Shown one piece after another: positions 25,522-39,670 of a DNA stretch of 64,000 nucleotides. The first letter of the stretch is position 1. The number at the start of each line of letters is the position of its first letter. The notes under the pieces were generated by a model. The model saw only the letters and a program-made list of their open reading frames with translations. It was not told the origin of the DNA and did not search any database. Source of the DNA: Octopus vulgaris (lineage: Eukaryota); the NCBI GenBank assembly GCA_951406725.2, contig OX597823.1:70370001-70434000 (forward strand), read 5' to 3'. Made by a program: the position numbers and the translations under genes.

Positions 25522-25866
25522 GGCCGATGCCAGCGCCGCCTCGACTGGCTTCCGTGTCGGTGGCATGTAAAAAGCAGCATCCGAATCGTAGCCGAAGCCA
25601 GTGCCGCCTCGACTGGCTTCCATAAAATGCACCATCCGAATTGTGGCCGATGCCAGCACAGCCTCAACTGGCTTCCGCGTCGGTGGCACGTAAAAAGCAC
25701 CTACTACACTCACAGAGTGGTTGGCGTTAGGAAGGGCATCCAGCTGTAGAAACTTTGCCAGATAAGACCGGAACCTGGTGCAGCCTTCTGGCTTCCCAGA
25801 TCCCCAGTCGAACCGTCCAACCCATGCTAGCATGGAGAACGGACATTAAATGATGATGATGATGAT
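25518..25866 (+). mobile_element. RTE 3'-tail repeat
   Basis: Same family, with (GAT)n tail. Confidence 0.8.
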
Positions 25867-26025
25867 ATATATAATATCAGGGTAAGAAAAAATTTTAGAA
25901 ATTTTTGCTACAATAAGTCACAGATGCTACACTTCCACCTGTGATTAAGCTATTATAGAATCAGAGTAAATATAGAATTGAGTTAAATATCAACAGACAT
26001 AATTCATTTTTTTTCTCTCTTGTAG

Positions 26026-26221
26026 AAGTTTGCTTGTCTACCAGCCAGAACCACAACAGATCGTCCAAGTTGTAAATTTCGAAGTGACTGTTACACTCCA
26101 AAAGTAGAGACAACTTGTGTTTACCCTGCATTAGATAATAAAACCCGACTTCTTCGAATCATTCATGGTCATAAACCACCATTGCTTTTCCTTGGAGATC
26201 CTCTAGACCTTCATTATTCCG
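26026..26221 (+). CDS. MBTPS2: MBTPS2 exon F
   Basis: ttgtag acceptor. Translates KFACLPARTTTDRPSCKFRSDCYTPKVETTCVYPALDNKTRLLRIIHGHKPPLLFLGDPLDLHYS. G|gtaatt donor. Confidence 0.93.
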
Positions 26222-26400
26222 GTAATTATTGCTTATTCTTTTTCATCTTTTTTTGATGGTGGTGGTGGTATTACAATAGAGATTTTTTCCTGGTACTGAT
26301 TTTATTTTAGCTTTTTTTTTTAAATATAGTTTATATAATATTGTACTTTACTTTTCAGTTTCTTTTTCTGTCTTGTTAGATTTGAAACATATTTATTTAT

Positions 26401-26572
26401 AGGCGCAGGAGTGGCCGTGTGGTAAGTAGCTTGCTTACCAACCACATGGTTCTGGGTTCATTCCCACTGCGTCACATCTTGGGCAAGTGTCTTCTACTAT
26501 AGCCTCAGGCTAACCAAAGCCTTGTGAGTGGATTTGGTAGACAGAAACTGAAAGAAGCCCATCGTATATATT

Positions 26573-26615
<43 letters not shown>

Positions 26616-26810
26616 CTGTGTTTGTCCCCCCAATGTCGCTTGACAATCGATGGTGGTGTGTTTACATCCCTGTAACTTAGCGGTTCAGTAAAAAGAGACT
26701 GATAGATTAAATACTAGGCTTCCAAAGAATAAGTCCTGGGTTCAATTTGCTCGACTAAAGGCAGTGCTCCAGCATGGTCGAAGTCAAATGACTGAAACAA
26801 GTAAAAGAGA
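26401..26810 (+). mobile_element. SINE family A
   Basis: Full copy. Confidence 0.85.
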
Positions 26811-27374
26811 AGCATTTTGCCCAGCATGCTAACGGTTCTGCCAGTTTGCTGCCTTAGAAATTGTGATATTAATTTACTTTCGACATGATGCTAGAACAAT
26901 TTTTTTGACATTGTATTGGTAATTATTTTAATGCTCTTTCTTTCACATTTGAACCGATAAAATGTAAAACTAACCTATGGCATGTGAATTCTGAAGAATG
27001 AACATCAGTAACTTGATAAATAAATATCAGTAACTTGGTTTCATTCAAGTCTACTTTGGCACTTGTGCTTATTTAAAAATAAATTAATATTTCTGCAATT
27101 TAAGGGCAGCAGTGTGGCAAAAAATATCGAAGCATTGGATTAAATTTCTTATAGTTTTATCCCTCTATATTGTGAGTTCAAATCTCTCGAGGGTTGACAT
27201 TGCTTTTCATTTTTTTCATAGTCAGTAAATTATCTTTTATAAACTAGATGAAAATTCATTTTAGACTATATCTTTTTTCTTCAGTTTTATTTTTTAAATA
27301 GTATAAAGTTTGTTTGTTTTTGTTTTTTTCTTACGTACTAAATGAAATATTTCTTTCTTTTTTGTTTTCACTAG

Positions 27375-27450
27375 TTGCTGTCAGTAATTATGTTCCAAAC
27401 AATTCCTTCATACCCATCAGTTTACCATATGTCATTGAAACATTCTGCAA
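27375..27450 (+). CDS. MBTPS2: MBTPS2 exon G
   Basis: cactag acceptor. Translates VAVSNYVPNNSFIPISLPYVIETFC(K). The donor is AA|gtatcctt (U12 consensus). Confidence 0.92.
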
Positions 27451-27742
27451 GTATCCTTTATCAAATAAGTATCATTCATACAAGAATATTGAATGATTCC
27501 AGTTATATCAGTTACTTTCAATTGGTTTCATTTTATTTTTCTTAAGATATACATACATCTGTGTAAGCTAAAAGATTATATATTTGTCTTTGTTGGCAAT
27601 GTATGTCAGAAATATGCTGTGTATACCAAAGTTGGCATGTAAACACAGTACATGTCAAGGGTATTAATTGTACATACTGTACTCATAAAACGTTGAACTC
27701 TTTGTAGATAGTGTATATCCAAATCTAAGGGTTGTACGAGCA

Positions 27743-27971
27743 TTAACCCTTTTGTTACCATATTAATTTTGCGAAGCTCTGTGTTTCTTTCAATTATTTT
27801 AAATATAACAAAGAATTTAGTAAAATAACTTAGTTATCATTAAGCTAGTGTTAGGAACATAAATTGTCACTAAGGTTTGGTGGAAGATTTTGATTAAAAA
27901 CTTATGAAAACAAGACATTTGTATTACAGAGTCAGAGCCAGTTTCAGCCAGGTTGGTAACAAATGCGTTAA
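27743..27971 (-). mobile_element. TTAA-flanked MITE, second copy
   Basis: Reverse-complement homolog of 2065-2293 with TTAA at both ends. Confidence 0.82.
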
Positions 27972-28489
27972 ATGTCAAAGGACGAAGTTTACATTTGTAG
28001 TACATGTTGGAGGATGACAGCTATACCTTCAGTACATATTGAAATGTAAAAGTTGCACCTACAATGCATATGAAAATGTGGAGACTGCACTATGTGTCAC
28101 AATAAGAAGTGGAAGCTACTACTGCTGCAGTGCATGTCAAAAGGTGAATATAGTGTATCTTGTTGACATTAAGGAGTGAAGAGTATATCTAAAGTGAATC
28201 TTTTTTTATTGATTTTTTTTCTGTTACTCTTAGTGTTGAAGCTGTCATGATTTTTTGTGTTAAGTAGTGTTGTGGACACTGGGCAAATGACTATAGCTAC
28301 AATTTTACAAAAATATTCTATCATTTGACACAGGTGATATCCACAGAGTGTATGGATGGGATAAAAAAAAAGCCATTCTGAACTCCTCTTTACAATAAGC
28401 ACTAGATACAGGGAAATATCTGTGTCTTGTAATAAAGGAACTTTATGTATTACCAATCGCTGAAGAGCTGAATAAAGCCTCTGTTTTCC

Positions 28490-29240
28490 TTATTGGAAAA
28501 GTATCAGGATTTGATGAAGTTCCACCAGAGGCCATCAGGTGTTGAAAAGGTGTCCTGTTGCACCATCTACACAAAGAACTGAGCAAGTGCTGAAAAAGAG
28601 GGAAGAGTGCCACGGAAATTGAGAGACTTCAGTATTGTCAGTTTATACAAAAACAAAGAAGATAGAAGTGATTGCAACAAGTACAGAGGGATCTCCTTGT
28701 TGAGCATCATTGGAAAGGTCTTTGCTCATATGGCCTTAAACAGATAAAAGAAAATTGCTGAAAAAGTATGTCTTGAGTCTCAGTGGGGCTTCAGGCCAGA
28801 GCATTTCCATAATTACAAGATAAATGCAAAGAGCAAAGGCAATCAGTCTACATTGCTTTCATTGAACTCACAAAGACCTTCAGCCTTGTCAGTAGAGATG
28901 GCCTCTTCTGTATTGTTATCAATATTGGGTGCCTTCCAAGTTTACTCAGGATTGTTCAGTCATGAGAGACATCATTCATTCTGATGGTTCTTTCTCAGAA
29001 TGGAAACTGCTCAGTCTATTCTAATTGAAGGCATAAACCAAAGTATGTGAAGTACTCATCATTGATATACTGTTTGTATTTTGATGTGGTCACTGGCAAC
29101 ACATCTGGAGGAGTAACAGCAATGCCTTATAGACAGACTCACAAGAACTGTCAAAAATTCACCCTAACTATCAGTCTAAAGACGACAAAAGTGCTTGGAT
29201 GTTGAGTACTTCCCTACTTTTGTAACATAGGTATGCTTAA
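28490..29240 (+). mobile_element. Degenerate RTE RT fragment inside the U12 intron
   Basis: IVSLYKNKEDRSDCNKYRGISLLSIIGKVFA..ESQWGFRP..YIAFIELTK. Confidence 0.8.
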
Positions 29241-29580
29241 GTGATACTATAGTAGTAGACACTTGCCCAAGGTGCTACACAGTGGGACTGAACTTGGAAC
29301 CATGTGGTTGAAAAGCAAACTTCTTACCACACAGCCACGACTATTTATTTATTTTTTGCTGGTTACTTGTGATGTACCAAATGAATATGTCCTGTATAGT
29401 TTCCTATATATAGCTGACCATTAGAAGTATAGGATGCAGTTTCTGGTGCTTTTGTTGTAATCTATCTAATCAATAAATGAATCTGAAATGTACAACTTTT
29501 GCTTATCTTCTAACAATTAAATGGATGTGTGAAATTAATTTTAAATAAATGTCTTTGCTTCCTTAACTGTTTTCTTACAG

Positions 29581-29800
29581 ATATTTGATCTCTTTATCTG
29601 GTGCTTTGGTCATCATCAATGTGATTCCATGTTATGCCCTTGATGGACAGTGGATATGCCGTGCTTTTATTGAGTTTTGTCTTCGGCCAATCATTCCTAA
29701 TGTTGAAGTGCGAAACGCCATCTATTCTGTCATTCTGATATATGGCACAATAATATTGTTGGCAAATGTCTTCATTGCCATGTGGACTTTGTTTTCATGA
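29581..29800 (+). CDS. MBTPS2: MBTPS2 terminal exon, containing the LDG zinc-ligand motif
   Basis: ttacag|A completes the Lys codon. Translates YLISLSGALVIINVIPCYALDGQWI...AMWTLFS, with TGA at 29798-29800. The eight exons total 1416 nt and stay in frame. Confidence 0.95.
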
Positions 29801-30840
29801 TACCTATAAGGATCGTTTGTGTGGGAGAAGTTTACACTGTAAAAGTTACTTTTATATATGTGTCAGTGGCATACCTTGGATATCAAAATAGGATGTATAT
29901 AAAAAAATGATAAAGTACACTCAAACAATGTTTTATAAAAATAAATGCATATGTTTATATTATTGCTATAAATAGTGCAGGAAATGTAAAATACGTCTAC
30001 TCTATCTCTCTCTCTCAGTGATGCAAAATTTTTATACCCTGCCCTGTTGTTTTCATTCTCCTCTACTAAGTGTATCTAACTGCCTCTCAAAACTAATTTT
30101 ATTACATTCGTGTTTTTTCAGTCTGCTCTTGAAGCTGAGAATTTACAATTTTTTTTTTATCAGAGGTTCTAAAGCAAAGTAAGCATTTTAGGCAAGCTAT
30201 TGGGATATTAAGTACATGGCCTCCTATTTCTAGTTAATATATCATATGGTGATCAAGGTATGAGTTGTGTGAATAGATAATCAATTACACAAAGAATAAA
30301 ATACAATATACATACTTCACATGCACAATTATAAGGCAATACAGTTTCTTCCAGTTATTCATTGCTGCAATAGTTAATTGTCCAAAATACATTTAAACAC
30401 TTTCTGCATATACAAAAAGAAATATTCCTGTTTATTTCATTTAGTAGTTTATTACTGTATTGAATGTTTCTTCAGATTATCTAAGGCAATGAAAAGGTAT
30501 TGTACTGAACATAGCCTTATGTACTTTTAAGGTAGTTTTATTCTACTTTTATCCAGTATAAACTGTGCTATAATATCAAAAGGAATCTGCATTCATGCTA
30601 TTTATAGTTCCTTTCCACATAAATCCAAACATTCTCACCTGACCATATGTGCCTCCATGCTGGGTTATAGACAGTTGCTCAGTTGAAAGACTAAGATTAT
30701 TTGCTGTCATGAACTATATCAATTTTATGTATAATCCATCTTCTGATTTCTTAAATAAAACACATATATTGATGATCAGAGTGATCTGAGTTTTTTCTTT
30801 TTTTTAAAGATAATAAAAAAGTAATTTATAAAAACAAATT
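29801..30840 (+). promoter_or_regulatory. Probable MBTPS2 3' UTR with candidate polyadenylation signals
   Basis: Repeat-free AT-rich stretch after the stop, with AATAAA at 29940, 30295, ~30754 and 30812. Which one is used cannot be determined. Confidence 0.45.
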
Positions 30841-30896
30841 TATTTCACTCCATATTGTTTATGACTTTTCCACTTGAAAATATTTTTTTAAGTACA

Positions 30897-31285
30897 TTAC
30901 TCTTTTACTCTTATATTTGTTTCAGCCATTTGACTGTGGCCATGCTGGAGCACCGCCTTTAGTCGAACAAATTGATCCAAGGACTTATTCTTTGTAGGCC
31001 TAGTACTTATTCTATCAGTCTATTCTGCCGAACTACTAAGTTACGGGGACGTAAACACACCAGCATCGGTTGTCAAGCGATGTTGGAAGGACAAAACACA
31101 GACACACATATATACATATATGCGACAGGCTTCTTTCAGTTTCCGTCTACCAAATCCGCTCACAAGGCTTTGGTCGGCCCGAGGCTATAGTAGAAGACAC
31201 TTGCCCAAGGTGCCATGCAGTGGGACTGAACCCGGAATCATGTGGTTGGTAAGCAAGCTACTTACCACACAGCTACTGCTATGCC
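30897..31285 (-). mobile_element. SINE family A
   Basis: Full reverse copy. Confidence 0.85.
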
Positions 31286-31643
31286 TTAAGAAATATCTAT
31301 AGTTCTCTGTATTTAACCCTTTTCTCTGTTTTCTGTTATGTATCTGTGCTCTTGAAAAAAGAAAAAAATCTCCAAGGGAATAACTATGAAAATTTAAAAA
31401 AAAATTTTTTTCAATCTGTTAATGTCACATTGCTTTAATTTTCAATAATCTTTTGCTAAAATTCAATGAATTTATTCCTATTTTTCTGTGCTATATTACC
31501 TCAAAAAGATGTAAGATTCAGCTGGAATTTTTTCACTGAATTTTATGTGTTCATGTATATTTTCTTGGGCCACCATGAGTATCTTTCAATCTCTCTCTCT
31601 CTCTCTGTGTCTGTTTGTCTGTATGTATGTATACGTGTGTGTG

Positions 31644-31678
<35 letters not shown>

Positions 31679-31715
31679 ATATATATATGTATGTATGTAT
31701 ATATATATATATATA

Positions 31716-32480
31716 TATCATCATCATCGTTTAACGTCCGTTTTCCATGCTAGCATGGGTTGGACGGTTCAACCCGGGTCTGGGAAGCCAGGAGGCTGCA
31801 CCAGGCTCCAGTCTGATCTGGCAGTGTTTCTACAGCTGGATGCCCTTCCTAATGCCAACCACTCTGTGAGTGTAGTGGGTGCTTTTTACATGCCACCAGC
31901 ACAGGTGCCAGGGTAGGCTGGCAACAGCCACGATCGGTTGGTGCCTTTTGCGTGTCACCGGCATGGAAGCCAGTCGAGGCAGCGCTGGCATTGGTCACGT
32001 ATGGATGGTGCTTTTTACGTGCCACCGGCACAGGCGCCAGGGTAGGCTGGCAACGGCCACGAACAGTCGATGCTTCTTACGTGCCACCGGCATGGAAGCC
32101 AGTCAAGGCGGTGCTGGCATCAGCCATGTATGGATGGTGCATTTTACATACCACCAGCACAGGTATCGCAACTACAATTTCCATTTGATTTTTTGATGCT
32201 GATGTACTTGACACAATAGGTCTCCTCAAGCACAGCAGGTCGCCCTATGATCCAAGGTAAGTACAGCAGGCCGTCCTGCGATCCAAGGCACTTTGGAAGG
32301 GCTGGGGCTTCTATGTGAAGCTAGTACAGGAAACAGCCTTGAACTCACATTATTTGTCGGGTCTTCGCAGTCACAGCATATCTCCAGAGGTCTCAGTCTT
32401 CCGTCATTGCCTCTGTGAGACCCAACGTTCGAAGGTCATGCTTGACCACCTCATCCCATGTCTTCCTGGGTCTACCTCTA
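31716..32480 (-). mobile_element. RTE 3' end including the ORF terminus
   Basis: 32330-32480 matches the reverse of 60330-60450; tandem units and (ATC)n on plus. Confidence 0.82.
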
Positions 32481-33829
32481 CCCCAGATTCCTTCATATAT
32501 ATATATGCTTACTTCTCACTCCCCAATCCCGTCCTTTTGGCCCTGTCTCAACTCTATCATTGCTATCTGCTAGCCCCCAATCTGCATGTTCCACCCATAT
32601 GTAACAAGAAAACTTTTCACACACCCTAACCCAACAAACGAATCTGCATCTCTACAACTCTTCTCTTACTCACATTTCGCATTTCTTCTTTCATGTACTA
32701 TGCCTGATGATGGCCCTGTTTTTCTGTATCATCACTATCCAGTAGCCCCCTGCCACGCCACTCTGTATACCCAGATTTTCACCACTCATTTCCTCTCCCC
32801 ATTCTCTATTGACACATCTTTGGCAATATCCTACCACTTATATTAAGATCTTCAAATCTCAAGAGAATATAAACCATCCCATTTATATTCTGATCCTCAT
32901 TCCTTGTGCATGTGCCTGGCACTTTATCCTGATGTCTCTCTCTCACTCTCTCTCCTTCCCCTGCACTTCCCTCAGGTTTGGTAACCATGATCTTTATGGC
33001 AGCACACTTGTTTCTGTCCTTATTTCAGATCTCTCTCTCTCTCTCTCCAGCCAACTGCTGCACATATGTATAAATATGTATTAACCTTCACCACTGCCAT
33101 TGTCAACCCAGCCACTCCTTAGTAACCCACAACAACAGCAACAAAAGTATGAATTAGATCAGTGGAAAAATGCTGAACAAAATGTTTTGATATTCGGTCA
33201 ATGAGGATTGACCTAAAACTAAACAGCAACAACAATATAATTATCAAGGACAATATGACCACCACCGTCAGCAACAAAAACATTTCTTTCCTCACCAGCA
33301 CAAAACCAGTGCAAGCAACACAACCACCACTTCCAACCCACCAGCTTTTAGATAACTGCAATAATATCAGCATGATAGCAATGTCAGTAGCTATGTATCT
33401 TGTATGTGTGAGGTTATTGTGACTCAAGTTAGAGGTGCAAGGAGCAAAATGCCAAGGACCTGATAACCCTTCTACTAACTGTTAACATACAGTATTTCCT
33501 CCCACCTCACTCTTTCATCTTTTTATCATCTTATTCCCATGTGAATAAAACAATTTTTTTGCTTTCACTGAGCCTTTCTTATCTGGTGCTATTTTACTAC
33601 TGCATATTTGTTGTGGATGATTGTTGATCGCCAATGATACTGGATTTATCTACAATTCATGTCTGGTAAGAAGCCATTAAAAAGAATTGCAATCTGTAGT
33701 GTTGAAAAGGACAGTAAACACCTTTATTATCATATTTGTGATGAAATACGTTACCTTTGTTTCAATTATTTTAATTTAAATTACCTTAAAACGGAGTTTA
33801 TATCCTAAAACCAGGGGCAGTCTCAGGCA

Positions 33830-34870
33830 AAGGGAATAAACTTCAAAAGGCTTGTCATAGAAGAAAAAAAATCAGTTATGTTGCCAACAGATTAAAGCTT
33901 GAAATGTCTACAGAGGGAAGAATGTGTAACAGTAGAAAGAAAATTTAGGCAACTTACCATTACTCCATCAACTGCTCAGCCCTTATTTTTTCATAAACCT
34001 AATATGAAGCTTAAAATGAACTGATTCTTTGGTGTGTATTTCAATTTTTTCCATGACTTTACTAGTCCCTCAAGTAGAAAATCTACATGAAATTCAGAAA
34101 GATATTGTGACACTTGTAAATGATGTAGGGTTTGAAGAAGTCATAGGCAATGATGTGTTTGATTTGCTAGTAGCCTGTTGATTTGCTAGTTTATTTGATA
34201 ATGAGCAGATGTTGTAAGAACAAAAGCAAGCCAAGAATGATAAATTCCACCACTACATTTAAGTAGGCTGCAAAGAATATTGCTAAAGAGTTGGCACTTA
34301 TATAAGAAGGTCTGCAAGTTTTTGCTGATAACAACCCTAATCATGAACATAGCATAAAAATTACATGAGAAGTTTACAATGAACTCAGTTCCTGCACTCA
34401 ACTGTACAAAGAGATGATTCACCATAGACAATGAACAATTTTGGATAAGTTCTTCACCCATTAAGTAGATGTTGATAATGATGATGATGAGCTATAAGAT
34501 AGAAGATATTGTTCTGTATCCTCCCCAAAACACTTATTTCACTGCCACCTCTTACATAGTAGTCAACATTTTTTGTGGTAAGCATGTACCATACTACAAT
34601 ATAACAATTCCTATTTACTCCCCAAAGGAATTTCACTTCAAATGTTTTTACACATAAATATTGTACTGTGTATGTTTAGAAAGTGTTATTTTCATGTGTA
34701 AAAGCAGCTGTATTGTTTTTTTTTGTTTTTTTTCCTTTACTGTGTTTTTTTTTTTTTCAAAAATCTCTATCAGAATGTGTTATCATTTTACAACATAAAA
34801 ATCAATGGGAAAATAAAATTTTTATGTTAAAGTTTTTCAGGGACACATCGCTCACATAACACAGGGGGAT
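33830..34870 (+). mobile_element. Possible Tigger/pogo transposase relic
   Basis: IVTLVNDVGFEEVIGNDVFDLL-like segment at ~34100-34170 resembles pogo/Tigger C-termini; heavily decayed. Confidence 0.35.
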
Positions 34871-34984
34871 TTTTTTTTAATATCTATATATAGATCCCAC
34901 AGCATGGCACCTTGGGCACCTCGGGCCAACCAAAGCCTTGTGAGTGGATTTGGTAGACGGAAACTGAAAGAAGCCTGTCATATA

Positions 34985-35020
<36 letters not shown>

Positions 35021-36485
35021 TATATGTATGTGTGGGTATATGCTTGTATGTATAAGCTGATAGTACTAGAATGAAAACATACTATGATAATATAGGTTGA
35101 TAGTATTATAATCCAAACCTGACAGTAATCTAATTAACAAATGGGAGAAATTAATTGGCCACGAGGAAGAGGGAACCCTTACTTTTGACCCCAATGTCAT
35201 ATGCCAAGCACACTTTTAACAAGCATCCAAGTCTATGGTCAATGTAACTGACCATGTTGACTGTACTTAATATACTACACAGCACAGCTTTCAGTCTCTG
35301 CAATGTAGTGCTCATAGGAGAGACAGATTGGTATTTGGTTGACCATTGCTGGAAATATCTTGATGTTTGTAATAACACCCTGTAACCCTGCTATTCTATT
35401 GACCACCTTTCATCCATGGTTTAAACTATATGGCTGAAATGAAAACCAAAAATTAGGCAAAGCTTCTTATCTTCACTCTAGAACCTCTTCTAAATCTGCT
35501 TTCGTTTATTCTACTTTCATGCCATCCTCCTCCTTCCCAAGCTCATTTCCTGTACCCTCTTCTTCTCTACTCCTGCTATTTAGATTTTCCTAGATTTTTT
35601 TGTATAAATATTGAATGTGTTTATAAGCATGCATGTTGTAGTACATATGCATCCATCAACTTGTTCATCAGCAACAACGGTAATAATAAATATAAACTAT
35701 TGGCCAATATTTCTGCCTTTCTTACTTTAGCAGTTCCTTCAGCTACTTTATTTTTTGTAGTCATTGTCTTTGTTTCCCACTTCCCATGTCTTCTTTATTT
35801 TATCTCCTCCTTGACTTTCCTTAAATGTTTGGTTTCCTTTATCTCTCATTTAGTTCTTTCCCCCTCTTTTTTCATTCTCTACCTTACACCACTTTTCTCT
35901 CTAATTTTTTCCTGTTATCTTCTCAGTTACAAATAAACAAAAACTTTTCTGAATGCATGCTGGATATGCAATTTGTTTATCTCTCCTTTAACTTTTTTTT
36001 TTCTCCACCTTCTCCTTTTCACTTGAACACTAACTACTTCCTCTGTGGCTAACCTGAGATTTTGTATTTTTGCAACCAAAGCAAAACCATGACTCTTCCT
36101 TACTCTAAAATGGATAAATGTCTGAAACAGATTCTTCACTCTGCATAGCAGTTAAATTTTTTATCAAACACTTCTAGGAACTCTCTTAACTGTTGTCAAT
36201 ACAGGCCATTACTTATTTCCTCATTTACCAAATTTTACCCAACAATTAAAATTAGTCAAGGTTTGATGACATTGCTTATGTCTTGATGAAGTATTGTTGA
36301 AAGAAAAGAAAAACTGAAAGGAAGAGAACGTCAAAAGGAATGGGTGTATTAGAAAAAAATTGGAAAAGAGAAGTTATATTGACAGAAAGAAAAATCTGAA
36401 AGAAGAGGAGAAATAGGAGAAAGTGAAATAAATGGAAATGAATAGGGTTCTGAAAGTTCAAAAAATAATATATGTAGAAATAATG

Positions 36486-36523
<38 letters not shown>

Positions 36524-37465
36524 CTTCAAAGTATTCAGACATGGTAAAAGAAGGATAACATCAAAGTAATGAGGCACAGGCGTTGGTTGGTGCATGCATG
36601 ACCGGGTGGTTACAAAGTTTGCTTCCCAACCACATTGACTTTAGGTTCAATCCCATTGCATGACACTTTGGGCAAGTATTGTCTACTGTAACCCTGGGCC
36701 AAACAAAACCTTGTGAATGGATTTGGTTGGTGTAAACTGAAAGAAGTGCATCATGTGTGTGTTACTATTTTCTTGCTTTGATATTGCGTGATAACACATG
36801 TAGGCAATCAAAAAAATTCTTTCATACTTATTGAATGAAATTGATCAATTTTTACCTGTTGATTTCAAATATGACAAAGACATTATCCTATCATGTACAG
36901 TTTCTGCACAAAATAGATTATTGCATATTACCATTATACTCAGATTTGACTATTGTCTTTTATTATTACTATTAATTACTATATTTAGATAGACAATAAC
37001 AGTATAACTAATAGGCATAATTTTGAAAAATAAACATCTGGCAATGTTTAGACCACTTCAGTTACACAGTGGTGCCTACATCACAGTAGCTTCAGTCACC
37101 TGCAGGCAGTGAGGAAAGACATGCTTTACAAGGTCATGTGACTTAAGTTAAAATGTATCTTTATTGTTATTATTCCCTGTTTTTTTTTTATCAATGTATA
37201 TTTGCTACATACATTGTTTAATTGTGTCATATGTTACGTTGCAATGCTATTCTAATATATATACATTTAGATGGTAAGTCAAATACATGCTGTTAAAAAA
37301 TGTTCCCTTCACCTTTCCTTATAAACCTCCACTTCATTTGAAGCAAGGATGACTTCTAGAAAATTAAAATACTTGGATAACATACCTTCGTGTATATGAG
37401 TACAAATGTATATGTTCATATGCAACAGTAGTTATATGCACCAACATGGTAGAAGAGTATTATAT

Positions 37466-37695
37466 TTCTTTACTACCCACAAGGGGCTAAACACAGAAGG
37501 GGACAAACAGGACAGACAAACGGATTAAGTCGATTACATTGACCCCAGTGTGTAACTGGTACTTAATTTATCGACCCCGAAAGGATGAAAGGTAAAGTTG
37601 ACCTCGGCGGAATTTGAACCCAGAACGTAACAGGCAGACAAAATACGGCTACGCATTTCGCCCAGCGTGCTAACGTTTCTGCCAGCTTCCCGCCC
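37466..37695 (-). mobile_element. SINE family B
   Basis: Full reverse copy. Confidence 0.85.
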
Positions 37696-39169
37696 TTGTG
37701 ATAGAGTATTAGTAACTAAAGATGTTTGATTGCCACACAGTATGATGGAAAGGAGGGGAAATTGTACAAGAGTGTATGTACCACTATGTGAGCATAGATG
37801 CATTATTGAACATGTGTGTGTGTATGTACATGCACCTATGCTTGGATGTTTAGGCCTGGTATAGTATTCATGGGTGTGAGTTGGCAACCATATGTGGGTT
37901 TGGTGGATACATTAAAACGAAAGAGTGAGGAAGTGAATGGCACACTATGTGTCACTCACTACAAACTATGGAAAATTTTACAACCACCCACTATGTCTGT
38001 CCATCTGAGAGCAATTAATTTGAAGTTATTATATTATAGGCATGTCCACACGTGGACATGCCTACAAAGTCAGAAAACAACACAGCTCCCATGACTTTCG
38101 GAAACATTTTTTCGCGCTCAGAGTTGCTGAAGCATGGAACAAACTGCCTGCGTCAGTTGTTGACTGCCATGACACTGCATCCTTTAAGGCTCTCATGCTT
38201 TCCGAAATCCGCTGAAACTACACCTGATTATACATACACTTTAGATGAGTTGTAGTGCACCTGAGCACTGTACACAATGTTTTTATTATTATTATTATTA
38301 TTATTATATTATACTATATGATATATTATTGACTTATCAGAAGGAGTCACCACTGATATATGACAGTAGGTCTTCATACTATAGTTGATACTTTTGCTGT
38401 TATTATTGTCATTGCTGTTGCTTCTGTTGTTGTCCCTACCATTGAGTCTACATTGCTCCAGAGATTATCTCTTCACTTTTTTTCTTTCTATTGTATATGT
38501 CAATGGCTGTGAATATGTATGTTAATCTCTAAATATGTAAGTGTGGGTATGACCTCCACCACCCTTTTTGCATCAACTTTTCAATTTACTCCATCTTACT
38601 ACATTACAATATTTCACCCTGTATTCTGCTACTCCATTGATGTTGAGTTAATTTGCATAACAAGCATATCTATTGAGCAAACTTAATATTATAATTTGCA
38701 TTTTTTGCCAAAACACCAATGCAGTAAATTAATACAGCTGCAGAATTTCCACCCTACAATTGTGTAATCTTGCCAGTTACTTTACAGAAACATGTGTTGT
38801 TCTTACACATGAGGTGAAAGTGGTTGTGAAGAGGATAAAACAGTGCACATTTGAATTTTTTTCTAAGATTATTCATGAGTTGGATTCAGAAATGCAAATG
38901 CATTATTTGTGAAGACTATAGTACCTTTGCATACATGTGCAATTTAAATGACCCATCAGTTAATATAAAAATTATGCCCTCTTTTACATAACTCTCAGTA
39001 GACCTTCCTATATCTTTGTCATATATGTACTCATAGCTGAAACCACAGATTCACTGCAGATCATACTGAGAATGGCTGAACACCATAACTCAGCAGCAGG
39101 CTTTAAAATGGACTACATAGAAACAAAATATAAGTAGTACAAAGACGTAACACAAAGCTGAATAGAGGA

Positions 39170-39670
39170 GGTAAAGGAGTACATCTACTTGAAGCACACA
39201 TTGAATATGTACCAAGACATGGATGTTGAAATCTCAAGGAGAATAAGGGCAAGATGGAGGGCATTTACCTTGATAAAAGATGTGCTCAAAACAAAACTGT
39301 ACAAGACTCTTTGTGCCAGTCTCTTCAATAGCACTGTTCTATATGTGCTCTTATAGACAAGTGAGACATAGGCTAAAACAAAGAGGGTAGAACATTGATT
39401 TGTAACAATACAAAGAGCCATAGAAAGATACAGGTTAGGAATATTGTGAAAGTATAAGCAATTCAAGAATGTGGCAGAGTGAATGATGTGATTGCAGAAT
39501 ATCAAAAGCATAAGTTCCACTAGACTGGACAAGTCAAAAGGTTTATGGACAACAGGTAGACATGTGCAGTTGCTGAGTGGTATCCGAGAGATCAGAAAAG
39601 GCTACTCAGAAAGCTTCCACAATGATGGGAAGACAATTTGGGCCAAGATGTAAAAAGAATGATACAATCA
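39170..39670 (+). mobile_element. Degenerate RTE LINE fragment
   Basis: EYIYL..EISRRIRARWRAF..LFNSTVL pattern of the RTE RT C-terminal region. Confidence 0.65.

Larger units (their letters stand above)
27451..29580 (+). other. U12-type (minor spliceosome) GT-AG intron of MBTPS2
   Basis: 5' splice site GTATCCTTT at 27451; branch point TTCCTTAAC at 29559-29567, 13 nt before the intron end (AG at 29579-29580). Confidence 0.92.
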
